This document shows, in pieces, positions 46,299 through 55,633 of a stretch of 64,000 nt of DNA. Both the position numbers and the translations under genes were made by a program. A model generated the notes under the pieces. The model saw nothing but the letters and a program-made list of their open reading frames with translations, was not told the DNA's origin and searched no databases. Numbering within the stretch: the first letter of the stretch is position 1; the number at the start of each line of letters is the position of its first letter. Where the stretch lies: IMG/VR virus record IMGVR_UViG_3300045970_000330. One strand, written 5' to 3'. This DNA comes from an uncultured virus (IMG/VR IMGVR_UViG_3300045970_000330) (taxonomy: Duplodnaviria; Heunggongvirae; Uroviricota; Caudoviricetes).

Positions 46299-47426
46299 TT
46301 AGTAGTCCGTTCCGCAGTAATATTGAACGAAATCAAAAGCGCACGCGACAGCTGTGGTGTTATTGGTTCGCCAGATGCGAGGTGCCATAGCTGCTGAGGG
46401 TAACTGTGTTCCCGCAACCGCTGCTGTCAGCAGCCCCTCAGCAACATAAGCTGTGCCAAGCCTACTTACCTTGTAGCCAATGGTATTGGTAGTGTTTGAT
46501 GGCGCAAACAACACAAGTTCGTAGGAATCTGCTGAGAGTGTATTAGCTGGAAAATTTACTCCTAGATCAATCGCGGTCTGTGCCGCCGAGCCTCCGTAAA
46601 CAATTTGTAGATTAGCGCTAGCAGCTAATTTTGCGACACCCACACAGTTCAATAGTGTGCTTGGCTCTACGTTTGTGGCTGCTGCTATTGATGTAGACAT
46701 GCCTACAAACATCCGTGCTGTTGCTACGGCTGCGGCATCAGATACTCCAAATCGGAATATCGCAATAAAGCCTCCAAGTCCTGCACCATTTCCTAGAATA
46801 TTTTGAGCAATCGTGGAATAAATCTGGCAAAGAAGTCCAGCGGTTGCTGCTGTTGTTGCATATCCAAGCCGCTTCTGCCTAGTCAAGACATTAGTCACCG
46901 CGAAATTTCGAGCTGTAGCCGTGCCCACAGCGGTCCAAACTGGCATTCCCCACTGCTGGGGGACCGTTACAGCGTTACCTAGGGCTGTAGACCATACAAT
47001 TTTGTCCTGCCCTATATGGGGCTGCGCCATGGAGTCTATACCAGCGGGACCAACCCATTTTAGTGCCATTCTTCCAGCAACACTTTTTGCGTAAATGGTC
47101 AAATTACCTGTTGCTGGAGGGGTAGGCTCGGTTGTGCGTGCCGTTATAGTTAGTGTGGGGTTAGTGCCACCCAGTGCAAGTGTGTTAGTGGCAGCATCGA
47201 ATGTAAAGTTAGCACTAGACCCCCAAACTCCCGCATTATTATATTGAATCTGCGTTGTGGCTCCAAAGGGGGTTCCTGTTACTAGCGCACCCCCGTTGAA
47301 ATACAGAGTGCCCCCCACTTGATACAAAAAATTGGTAGTAACGCCAGGGATACCAGCGGCGATTGCAATCCCGGTAGAAGCTGGAATAGCTAATCCCGTA
47401 ATGGTTCTAAGCAGAGGCACACTCAT
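46299..47426 (-). CDS. fibre/appendage structural protein
   Basis: TQIQYNNAG..G.SANFTFD repeat unit; beta-rich C-domain. Confidence 0.6.
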   Translation of the reverse strand: MSVPLLRTITGLAIPASTGIAIAAGIPGVTTNFLYQVGGTLYFNGGALVTGTPFGATTQIQYNNAGVWGSSANFTFDAATNTLALGGTNPTLTITARTTEPTPPATGNLTIYAKSVAGRMALKWVGPAGIDSMAQPHIGQDKIVWSTALGNAVTVPQQWGMPVWTAVGTATARNFAVTNVLTRQKRLGYATTAATAGLLCQIYSTIAQNILGNGAGLGGFIAIFRFGVSDAAAVATARMFVGMSTSIAAATNVEPSTLLNCVGVAKLAASANLQIVYGGSAAQTAIDLGVNFPANTLSADSYELVLFAPSNTTNTIGYKVSRLGTAYVAEGLLTAAVAGTQLPSAAMAPRIWRTNNTTAVACAFDFVQYYCGTDY

Positions 47427-47434
47427 TTTATCTC

Positions 47435-48148
47435 CTATACAATACTTGAGAACGACGTTGGAGTTATAAAGACTTCACCTTGAAATGCGAAGTTGTCATA
47501 TAGTTCAACGTAGCTGGCGATATAATCCGGTGTATCTATTTGGACGCCCGATGTTGCTGCCAACCCTAGCCCAGCCATGGCGGTATCACATAGACATGCG
47601 GCGGCGGCAGATGGTGTGAACATTGCCCAACTCTCACATATAAGACGATCCCCCGCTTGCGCTTGGACCTTGGTAGCGGTAATATTGGGCATTAAATCCG
47701 TGCTAATCTTCAATAGTGGTGTCGGGACCACGGAGCCGCTTAGTGGAACTCCGCTTGGAATGCTGTCTACAATACGTCCCACTAAGGACTGTGTAGATTG
47801 CCGCCACACATACAAACACAGCGCGTTATTTGAAAAATTGCCCGTAGCTATTGACTGATATTGCCCTAAAAACAAGGACACAGGACCATTACCCAAAATT
47901 ACGTTATCCCTAAGTGGTGGAGAAACCCAAATACCAGTGCAAAACCGATGAAGTGCTGTTGTTCCGTTAGTAGTGTCCTCCAGAGCCATATATGTTCCGT
48001 GGTTTTCTGGAACCTGCAAGCGTGTCATATCGCCTAACATTGAGGCAATCGTCTTATTGTTCTGTGTGGCTACCCCAGCTGACTGAAACGTAGCTGGTAA
48101 ATTAGGTAATACTGGAGTCGTGTATTGCAAGTAAAGTCGAGTAGCCAT
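47435..48148 (-). CDS. putative virion structural protein
   Basis: MATRLYL start, beta-rich, within fibre cluster. Confidence 0.55.
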   Translation of the reverse strand: MATRLYLQYTTPVLPNLPATFQSAGVATQNNKTIASMLGDMTRLQVPENHGTYMALEDTTNGTTALHRFCTGIWVSPPLRDNVILGNGPVSLFLGQYQSIATGNFSNNALCLYVWRQSTQSLVGRIVDSIPSGVPLSGSVVPTPLLKISTDLMPNITATKVQAQAGDRLICESWAMFTPSAAAACLCDTAMAGLGLAATSGVQIDTPDYIASYVELYDNFAFQGEVFITPTSFSSIV

Positions 48149-49167
48149 TATGTTGCCAGTAACTTTAAGGCAACGGTTACACGGGTAGAGGACACCGGAT
48201 TGCCATTTACGCTGAACATTAAAACATCACCCGCCGTAATAGTTGTGAATCCTGTCCAGTTAATACTTGCAGTGTTCTTCTGTAGATTGGATAGGGCAGG
48301 GCTAGTTCCACCTGAAGCAGTTCCTGTTGGAAATGCGGCATATGCGGCTTTTGATACATCCACCGTTATTGTTCCTACGACATCACTAAATATGTCCCAT
48401 GACACGATTGTGCAGTCAAAATCAATGGTGACGCATCCCTTCGCACCAGACATAATTACAGTTCCACCGCCATCAATTACGAAATTTAGAGTTCGTGTCA
48501 ATGCGTTTGCACTCACAGCATGCGTGGCAGCTGCTGAGCCATCAAAGGTGCTTCCTGTCATACCAGCCCCGAGTGTCAGGGGGTTAGCGGTGGTGGCTCC
48601 TGTAACAGTCGCGGGCGTCCCACTTGCGGACATCACCACAACCCGGTAAGCACCTGATGCTACAACTGTATCAAAGATCAAACGAACAACCGTTGTGCTG
48701 AGGTATTGAATCTCGATGCCAAAGTCCACTTTACGGAAGCTACCTGTTGCCTCAAATACAGAGACACTTACATCCTTAGTAGTCAGAGCGTGGGTGACAT
48801 CGAACTGTGTGGATACACCGTCACCAATCGTAGTGCTGTAAGAGCCGCCAGCGGTGCCCCCACCACTAGCAGCATTTACTTTTACTTGCAGTTTCTGGAA
48901 GGCTTGTAGAACTGTGTCAGTCGCAGTAAGCGCGGTTCCGTCTGTTCCTAGCACAAACCCGGTTAGAGCTGAAGATAACGTAATTCCGCCCCCACTAGCT
49001 AACTGCGCCCCATTGAAATATAGCGATGCACCCACCTGATACAGCTTATCGGCAGTAACCCCCGGAGCCCCGGATGCGATGCTAAGCCCTTGATTAGCTG
49101 AAAGGGTAATCGGTCCCGTGGAGGTTAATCCAGGGACCGTAAGGGGAGTCAGTGAAGTCTGAGCCAT
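48148..49167 (-). CDS. modular fibre/appendage structural protein
   Basis: Shares modules with neighbours 601 aa, 375 aa and 121 aa. Confidence 0.65.
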   Translation of the reverse strand: MAQTSLTPLTVPGLTSTGPITLSANQGLSIASGAPGVTADKLYQVGASLYFNGAQLASGGGITLSSALTGFVLGTDGTALTATDTVLQAFQKLQVKVNAASGGGTAGGSYSTTIGDGVSTQFDVTHALTTKDVSVSVFEATGSFRKVDFGIEIQYLSTTVVRLIFDTVVASGAYRVVVMSASGTPATVTGATTANPLTLGAGMTGSTFDGSAAATHAVSANALTRTLNFVIDGGGTVIMSGAKGCVTIDFDCTIVSWDIFSDVVGTITVDVSKAAYAAFPTGTASGGTSPALSNLQKNTASINWTGFTTITAGDVLMFSVNGNPVSSTRVTVALKLLAT

Positions 49168-49203
49168 AGTATTTAATTACCACCTTCCTTAGCGGTTAGT
49201 GGA

Positions 49204-51009
49204 TTAACCCATGATCACAACGCGATACTGTCCCGCTGTCGGCGCTACCGAGAAGCCCAGGGTGACCGTATTAATCGAAGTAGCCTGAACATCACAGATG
49301 AACTGAGCCCAGGGTGTGGTAGCGGAGAACAGCTGCACATGCACATCCTGCGTACCCAGGTTATGGGTAACCAGGATGCTTGTAGCGGCGTTGTCTCCCA
49401 CTGCCTGAGAATACTTACCCGGGACCGCCAAGGCAGTTCGTGCGAGAGCGGCAGTTGATCCGCCTGTGCCGCCGTTTAAGATAGGCAGCATGCCCGTGAC
49501 CTTAGTAGTCAGATCAATGGTGGCATTTGTGATGTCGGCATTTACCACAGGTCCGAAAGTGGGGGCGCCTGCGGCATTACCATGCAATACACCTGTTGAC
49601 GTGCCCGCAGCAGTGGACGCCATGCCTGTGGCTGTTGTGTAGTAAACAACACCATACTGAGTGCCCGAAGTAACGGTCCCCGTGCCGCCATTCGCGGTAG
49701 GCAACTGCCCTGTTACCTTGGTCGCCAGATCCACAGTGCCAACAGCGTTAGCCATCTTTGTGAAAGTTACTGCTGTGGTATTTAGAGTTCCGCCTGTGTT
49801 AATGGTGGAGACATATGTAATGTCCGTGTTAGCCGTGCCCTGCTCGACCATCACGGTAGCTGCTGTGAGTTCCAACCACGTGTCGGCATCCAGGGCTCGT
49901 GTGGGAGCGCCCGAGGCATTGACTGTGTAGATACCATTCTCAAGCTGCGAAGCCTGATCCTTGACTAAGATTCGATCACCAGTGACCAAAGTGATACCGT
50001 CAATGACCTGGGCATTGGCGAAGCTTGTGGCTAGAGTTCCTGCAACGGCGGTAGCTGCCTTTACAGACTGCTTCCACTTCACGCCCTGCATCAGCCCATC
50101 CACGTAACCCTTGGTGGCTACGTCCGTAGCTGTGGCGCCCATGGCAGAAAGAGTCATGCTAGCAAACGCGGGCGTAGCTGCGGTATGAACATTCTGAGGC
50201 AGCGAGAATACCGGGTCGCCCACCAGACCACCACCATTGGTGATCGTCACCTGATTGGTTGTTCCTGTCAGTGTGCGCTGCGCCCATGTATCAGCGGCGG
50301 TGCGGACTGCGTAACCAGTAGAGGCTAAACCCTCAAGGGCTGCGAGGTCGTTTGCCAACGCGATGGTGCCCGTGGCTGCGGTAGTCTGGTTAACCCCCGT
50401 ATTTGTGACTGTCAAACCAGCGGCAGGCTGCGTAAGCGTAATCCCTGTGACGGTTCCAACTCCACGAGCGGTGATCTGCCCCTGAATCTTCTGGAAGGCT
50501 GCAAGCATTGTGTCGGTTGCAGCTAGGACCGTATTGGTTCCTGCAACATAATTGGTTAGCAACTGGGCAGTCACATCCGTAGCCACAATGGAGTAACCAG
50601 ACAGAGTAGTGGGGGTTGTTACATCCGCCCATGGCAGAGCAGTAACAAGACTCCAGGCATCCGCGCCCGTTCGCTTAGCGTAACCCGTGGTAGCTAGGGC
50701 TTCTAATGCAGCAAGATCGTTTGCTAGGGCGAATGTATAAGATGCCGTGGAAGTCTGAGCAACCCCTGATGTAGTAACCGTTAGTCCCGCTGCGGGTTGG
50801 GTAGCTGTAATACTGGAGAAAGTTCCGCCGCCCGTGCCCATTTCAACCCATGACGCCGTGCCATCATACACACGTAGTTTTTTGGTTGCTGTATTGAAAT
50901 AGAACTGCCCCGCTACGGGGCTTCCAGGATCAGATGCAAGATTCTGGAGTCTACCATTGAGCAGTTCCAGTTTGTTGAAATCGTAAGAAGTAAGCAGAGT
51001 AATAGACAT
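49204..51009 (-). CDS. modular fibre (head/neck appendage-like) protein
   Basis: ATKGYVD...WKQSVKAAT...IDGITLVTGDRILVKDQ...NGIY domain, ANGGTG repeats, internal duplication. Confidence 0.75.
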   Translation of the reverse strand: MSITLLTSYDFNKLELLNGRLQNLASDPGSPVAGQFYFNTATKKLRVYDGTASWVEMGTGGGTFSSITATQPAAGLTVTTSGVAQTSTASYTFALANDLAALEALATTGYAKRTGADAWSLVTALPWADVTTPTTLSGYSIVATDVTAQLLTNYVAGTNTVLAATDTMLAAFQKIQGQITARGVGTVTGITLTQPAAGLTVTNTGVNQTTAATGTIALANDLAALEGLASTGYAVRTAADTWAQRTLTGTTNQVTITNGGGLVGDPVFSLPQNVHTAATPAFASMTLSAMGATATDVATKGYVDGLMQGVKWKQSVKAATAVAGTLATSFANAQVIDGITLVTGDRILVKDQASQLENGIYTVNASGAPTRALDADTWLELTAATVMVEQGTANTDITYVSTINTGGTLNTTAVTFTKMANAVGTVDLATKVTGQLPTANGGTGTVTSGTQYGVVYYTTATGMASTAAGTSTGVLHGNAAGAPTFGPVVNADITNATIDLTTKVTGMLPILNGGTGGSTAALARTALAVPGKYSQAVGDNAATSILVTHNLGTQDVHVQLFSATTPWAQFICDVQATSINTVTLGFSVAPTAGQYRVVIMG

Positions 51010-51018
51010 TATGGCTCC

Positions 51019-51384
51019 TTAGTTGAGGTAGGCGATGCCGGAAAAGGCGGATGAGAAGTTAAGGACAACTTGATTGGTGCCCACGTAGTGCACTTCCCCA
51101 ATAACAAGAGATCCGGCGCTGTCTACTACCGAAACTGACGGATACTTACCCACAAGATCGTGGGTAATAGTCCACACCGCTTCGGGGATTGCCTGGGCGT
51201 GGGTATATGTCCTATTAGGAGATCCAATCAAATTCGCTACATCTACTTTGAACGGAACGGGATTGCCTGTGATATTGGCGAAGAAAGCTTCATGCGTATC
51301 TGTGGCGATAAGAAGTTCACCATCAGATAGACCCGTAGCGGGTATATGAGCCTTAACCCCCCGCCTGTGCTTAACTACCGCCAT
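51019..51384 (-). CDS. small fibre-associated structural protein
   Basis: VKHRRG...L.DGEL.IATDT N-module plus WTITHDL..YPSVSVVD...FSSAFSG.AYLN C-module. Confidence 0.65.
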   Translation of the reverse strand: MAVVKHRRGVKAHIPATGLSDGELLIATDTHEAFFANITGNPVPFKVDVANLIGSPNRTYTHAQAIPEAVWTITHDLVGKYPSVSVVDSAGSLVIGEVHYVGTNQVVLNFSSAFSGIAYLN

Positions 51385-51392
51385 GCCTTACC

Positions 51393-52169
51393 TCAAAACC
51401 AGCCTGCGTCAATAATTGTTGACGTATCCGGCATGGGCGGCACAGGAATACCCGGAGGTGTAATAGCCATTTCCGAGGGACGTTCGATGTTTACAGTGCA
51501 ACTGAAGGGGATGGACCCCTCATACAGCGTGGATTGATATGTAGAGAATGTGGGTAGGTCTACTTGTAGCTGAGTTAGCCCCATTTGGGAAAATAGCCAC
51601 CGATATGTGCGCATAAATCGGTAAACCTTAGCCGTTTCTAGCTTAACTGTGGTTATGCCCCCCTGGGATGTCCCACCATACACACATAAGTTCCCCGAAA
51701 TACCCGCGACTTCACTATTGGCACCGTAGCGTGTCAACTGGAAGTTAGGATTCATGATAGGAACAATAAGAGGAATATGCCTAACTACCTTTGATGTTGC
51801 CTTGGGATCACCGAAATAGGTGAATAGATCAAAGGTCAGATCCTCAACAACCGCAACGGGGTAGCTGGAGAATCTACTGTAAGATCCGATGTTGATCATC
51901 CCGGTTTGCTGTGAAGCAAAGTGAATATTGGCGGCTAGCCCTTCTGGAGTAAATACCTGTGGCGTATAATTGCCTGTGTGACCTGTCACAACTACTGAGC
52001 GCCAATCTACACCCACTTCAGGGAAGCTCATATCCTGCTTATTTGTGAGATCCGTGGAGAAACCAGACATGGGGACGATTAGTTCCGCACATTCCATGAG
52101 CGCCGCACGAATAATCCGTGCGGTAGTTCCCTGCAAATCAATCACTGGTAGGTAAACGATGTCAGTCAT
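51393..52169 (-). CDS. putative tail terminator/neck protein
   Basis: Position after neck genes. Confidence 0.45.
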   Translation of the reverse strand: MTDIVYLPVIDLQGTTARIIRAALMECAELIVPMSGFSTDLTNKQDMSFPEVGVDWRSVVVTGHTGNYTPQVFTPEGLAANIHFASQQTGMINIGSYSRFSSYPVAVVEDLTFDLFTYFGDPKATSKVVRHIPLIVPIMNPNFQLTRYGANSEVAGISGNLCVYGGTSQGGITTVKLETAKVYRFMRTYRWLFSQMGLTQLQVDLPTFSTYQSTLYEGSIPFSCTVNIERPSEMAITPPGIPVPPMPDTSTIIDAGWF

Positions 52170-52183
52170 GGGTAGCCCTTTCC

Positions 52184-53068
52184 TTACTTACCACCCTTGG
52201 AAACAGGAAATGGACCCATACGCGCCTGCCCAATTTCAGGCATTGGGTCCAGGGGCAAATCGTGATCAAAGCCCATTACGCCACTAAACTTATTGTTTCT
52301 TGTATATTCATTGAAATGGTCAGCCATTTCTCTAACCCACTTGCCTAGGATGGTGTCATGCCCTCCTTGAGTTTTTTGATCAAGCATTCCGTCTATGCGC
52401 TTAGTTCCCGAATCCGGTAATTTAGATATTTGCTGAATACCTAACACAGCAAAAAAGTTATTCAATAGATCCAAACCCTTTTCATGCACGCGCCTTCCGC
52501 TTCCACCCAGCTTTCTATAAATAGCAGGCTGATCTTTAGCATTTGGACCTGCAAATATGTAGTCCATCAAATAGTCTTTTGGGTGCAGCCGCTGCCACCA
52601 TGACCCAATAACCCCAAGGCTTATGGCATCAGGCTCTGTAGTAAATGGGTAAACTAAATGCTCGTTATCCATACTCCATCTAATTTCCAGGGCTCCAAGG
52701 TGTGTAATACTGGTGCCCATATTGGCGGCTTTAGCATGGTCTGCTGGAATTGATTTACCCGAGATATAAATTTCTACGGGCTGAATTACGACATCGCCTA
52801 AAATACCAACTTTGAACCATTTTTTATTGGCAACAATGCTAGGGCTACGAATAGCCTTAGTCTCCTTATAGGCATGCGGAACATCTGATTCAAAATGTGT
52901 CTTAGCTGCGCCTTGCCACGCCTTGCCGATATAGCGATCAACTGTATCCGCCCAAGCATTGGCTCCTAAATCTTGCATATCCGTGGAAACCCAATACTTC
53001 AAAGTCGTATTGGTCATCTTTATGGTGTCATCCACACCCTCAATAGTTATTGGGTTTCGCCAATGCAT
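52184..53068 (-). CDS. putative neck/tail-completion protein
   Basis: ATG at 53068 coupled (TAATG) to head-closure gene. Confidence 0.45.
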   Translation of the reverse strand: MHWRNPITIEGVDDTIKMTNTTLKYWVSTDMQDLGANAWADTVDRYIGKAWQGAAKTHFESDVPHAYKETKAIRSPSIVANKKWFKVGILGDVVIQPVEIYISGKSIPADHAKAANMGTSITHLGALEIRWSMDNEHLVYPFTTEPDAISLGVIGSWWQRLHPKDYLMDYIFAGPNAKDQPAIYRKLGGSGRRVHEKGLDLLNNFFAVLGIQQISKLPDSGTKRIDGMLDQKTQGGHDTILGKWVREMADHFNEYTRNNKFSGVMGFDHDLPLDPMPEIGQARMGPFPVSKGGK

Positions 53069-53517
53069 TATGCTCTCGACAGGATGACATCGTTCCAAAA
53101 GGGCTGGGCGCCAACAGCAATAGAGGCTAGAATGCGAGAAAGCTTGTAAGTCTGCCCGGCAATTACATAGGTTGCCTCGAAGTTGAGGGGAATACGTGTG
53201 TGCATACGCAGCACCAGTTCTTGCGTAATATCCATACCTGCAATGCGATGCCCTCCCGCTACCGTAAGTCGGGATCGCACCATACCATCACTGCCGCCAT
53301 CATCCAGAGCTTTCATAGGCACGAACAGCCCGCCCTTTACGAAAGTCGTATCTAGGGGCTGCGTAGATCCGCCCACAATCCTATCCGTAACTGGATCAAA
53401 GGTTCCACCAGTCATCTGAGTGACTCGATAGATCACATCCTGCCCATGAGCAAGATCCTTTAGAAAATCATTACGGCGCTCAATAATCTGGTTCCCGGTT
53501 TTATTCCACAATGCCAT
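53068..53517 (-). CDS. putative head-closure protein
   Basis: GQDVIYR...FDPVT...YVIAGQTYK pattern; AGGAG RBS. Confidence 0.55.
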   Translation of the reverse strand: MALWNKTGNQIIERRNDFLKDLAHGQDVIYRVTQMTGGTFDPVTDRIVGGSTQPLDTTFVKGGLFVPMKALDDGGSDGMVRSRLTVAGGHRIAGMDITQELVLRMHTRIPLNFEATYVIAGQTYKLSRILASIAVGAQPFWNDVILSRA

Positions 53518-53527
53518 TTTAGTTCTC

Positions 53528-54232
53528 CTATTGGGGCAGCGTGGCGCGCATGGGGTTTTTTGATTCAGCTGTTTTGTTTTTTTCCGTTGACCACCAGCTT
53601 ATATACGCTTCACGCAACTGTTTGTAGTCATACCAATTAAGAAGCAGTAGGCGCTCTCTAGGCGTAGCGGATTCCCAATCCAGGAACTTCCACCCCGCAG
53701 CCACCATAGCTTCCATTTGCCTATACAGTGGCTTATCTGTGATCGAAATGTCATCACCCTTAGAGCGATATGTTTCAACCCAGGTGAGGACCTCAGGGGA
53801 CCAAATAGAGTCCTTGATCAGATCCGCCAGGGGCTCGCTCTGAATGCCATTGATAAGTTCCGCCGTGCTGAATAGCTCAGACATGAAGTCATTTGGCAGC
53901 AGCAGCTCCAGCGCCTTTACCTCAGACACGATCATTCCCATGGTCGCCGCTAAGACCGCATAGGAGAGCGAGTCATGCCACTCAGAGAGTTGCGCTTGGT
54001 AAGCGGTGTCTTCCAGGTTAAACCTAGCCACGGCTCCCTGAGGGGTCTTTACGGCGATTACCGGGGGCACCGGGAAGTTACCGTCGTACTCCTTGCGCAC
54101 ATCACGTTTCTGCTCCGCTGTGATGGTCGCTAGCTCAAACATGATACGGCAATCGTCAGTGTCCAACCCGACTTCACGCCGGGTGGACAACTCTCGCTCA
54201 CTTATGAGCCTGACAATAGCCGATGTTTCCAT
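53528..54232 (-). CDS. tail assembly chaperone-like protein (GT-like paralogue)
   Basis: Paralogous to upstream gene plus C-terminal WESATPRER..L..W extension. Confidence 0.55.
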   Translation of the reverse strand: METSAIVRLISERELSTRREVGLDTDDCRIMFELATITAEQKRDVRKEYDGNFPVPPVIAVKTPQGAVARFNLEDTAYQAQLSEWHDSLSYAVLAATMGMIVSEVKALELLLPNDFMSELFSTAELINGIQSEPLADLIKDSIWSPEVLTWVETYRSKGDDISITDKPLYRQMEAMVAAGWKFLDWESATPRERLLLLNWYDYKQLREAYISWWSTEKNKTAESKNPMRATLPQ

Positions 54233-54948
54233 TACGCCTCAACGATCTCCGCTTCCGGTGCCGGAATTTCTTCAACCACAGGCTCAGGGGCTGTGACTGC
54301 TTCCTCCGCTTCCGCATTCAGCTTCTCAGCTGCAAACTGTAGCTCATCCAGGGCTCGCAGTTGCTCTAGGATCGCTTCGTTCGTCTGAACCTGCTGCATG
54401 AGCTGATCCGCGAGGTTCAAGCCCTCGTTAACCTTGGCAGCTTCAATAGCAAGTCGGAGTAGGGCAGGGGACGGAAGGAGTTCACCAATCTCGGTAAACT
54501 TATCATCAAGATTGAAGGCATCCACCCCGAAGTCTTCGGAAGCACTGATCAGCCCCAACCACACACAGGCTTCGTTGAACCACACTTCCAGCTGCTGCTT
54601 GTATTTCGGGTCATCCGGGTTCGATTCCTTGTAGGTTCCAGGACGGCGGGGCTGGTTTGTCAGCTTATCTGTGTGCATCGTGGCGTAAACCTGCTCCACC
54701 AGCGGCACCTCTGGCATCGTGTCAATGACACGCTTGTTTAGCAGCGCAGTCTGTGCCTTTGTGAGTTGTCGCACATGCACAAGCATCTGCGTATCCTCAT
54801 TCAGATCAACGGTCACTTCCTTCTCGCGCAGCACCTTGGGTCGGGATTCCTTAGGCATAGCAAGGAAGTCCTTGGCACTGATGGTCATAACCTGCTTTAC
54901 GATGGGTGCGGCGGCTTCAGCAGCGGCAAGGATTGCGGTTTCGCTCAT
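54232..54948 (-). CDS. tail assembly chaperone-like protein (G-like)
   Basis: Acidic, follows tail tube genes; VHVRQLT...NPDDPKYKQQL. Confidence 0.55.
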   Translation of the reverse strand: MSETAILAAAEAAAPIVKQVMTISAKDFLAMPKESRPKVLREKEVTVDLNEDTQMLVHVRQLTKAQTALLNKRVIDTMPEVPLVEQVYATMHTDKLTNQPRRPGTYKESNPDDPKYKQQLEVWFNEACVWLGLISASEDFGVDAFNLDDKFTEIGELLPSPALLRLAIEAAKVNEGLNLADQLMQQVQTNEAILEQLRALDELQFAAEKLNAEAEEAVTAPEPVVEEIPAPEAEIVEA

Positions 54949-54991
54949 AGCGATAGCTCCGGTAAGAAATTACGCAGAATGCGTAGTTAGA

Positions 54992-55540
54992 TCAGGGAAG
55001 TTCCATCACACCCACACCCAGGGTGATTAGCTGCCCGCAGGCAAAGTCAATTCCATAGCTGATACCTGCACCATTCTGTGCGCCGATTGATCGCTTGATT
55101 CGGCGCACATCCCTAACGACAACGGTCTGTGTGTAGTCCAGGTTAGTATTCAGTGAGTCATTGGCTGATTTTTTGATGTGCGTATTGTCGATGAAGTCGA
55201 TGAAGGCAATTAGCGGCGCGTGTCCAGGTGCCATCCACAACGGGTCACCTTCCTGCACATACATGGCGTTAAGGCTAAGTGATGTTTCTACTACCGCAGG
55301 CGCTCGCAGATTCTTCGTCATACTATTGAAGCCCTGAATAGGGGGTAGCTCAGAGATTGACTCCACGATATTGATCCCGGTGCAGAATAGGTAATTTCCT
55401 ACAGGCGTAGGATATGCGCTGCGAAGCTTACCGGGGACATAATCAGACTCTAGGTAGAATGAGATATATGCTTCCTCTCCACGAAAACTCGTGCGCTTTA
55501 GTCCAAAGGCATCAATCGTATTCGTGGTGTAGAACGACAT
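54992..55540 (-). CDS. tail tube-like protein
   Basis: 182 aa beta-rich, own promoter motif, upstream of chaperones. Confidence 0.5.
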   Translation of the reverse strand: MSFYTTNTIDAFGLKRTSFRGEEAYISFYLESDYVPGKLRSAYPTPVGNYLFCTGINIVESISELPPIQGFNSMTKNLRAPAVVETSLSLNAMYVQEGDPLWMAPGHAPLIAFIDFIDNTHIKKSANDSLNTNLDYTQTVVVRDVRRIKRSIGAQNGAGISYGIDFACGQLITLGVGVMELP

Positions 55541-55557
55541 AATCTCGGCTCCTAAGG

Positions 55558-55569
55558 GTAGTTACCACC
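55558..55569 (-). promoter_or_regulatory. GGTGGTAACTAC motif (putative phage promoter)
   Basis: Directly downstream of terminator, upstream of AGGAG RBS. Confidence 0.6.
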
Positions 55570-55583
55570 ATGGGTTTACTACA

Positions 55584-55612
55584 CAAAAAGGGGAGGCGAT
55601 TAAGCCTCCCCT
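55584..55612 (-). terminator. intrinsic terminator
   Basis: AGGGGAGGC-ttaatc-GCCTCCCCT followed by TTTT on minus strand. Confidence 0.8.
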
Positions 55613-55633
55613 CTTTACGTTATTACAGGGCTA

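Noticed and set aside
49174..49184. GGTGGTAA motif as merely a Shine-Dalgarno variant
   Set aside because: Plausible only here and at 52195; most other copies are well upstream of the start and have a separate AGGAG/GGAG RBS
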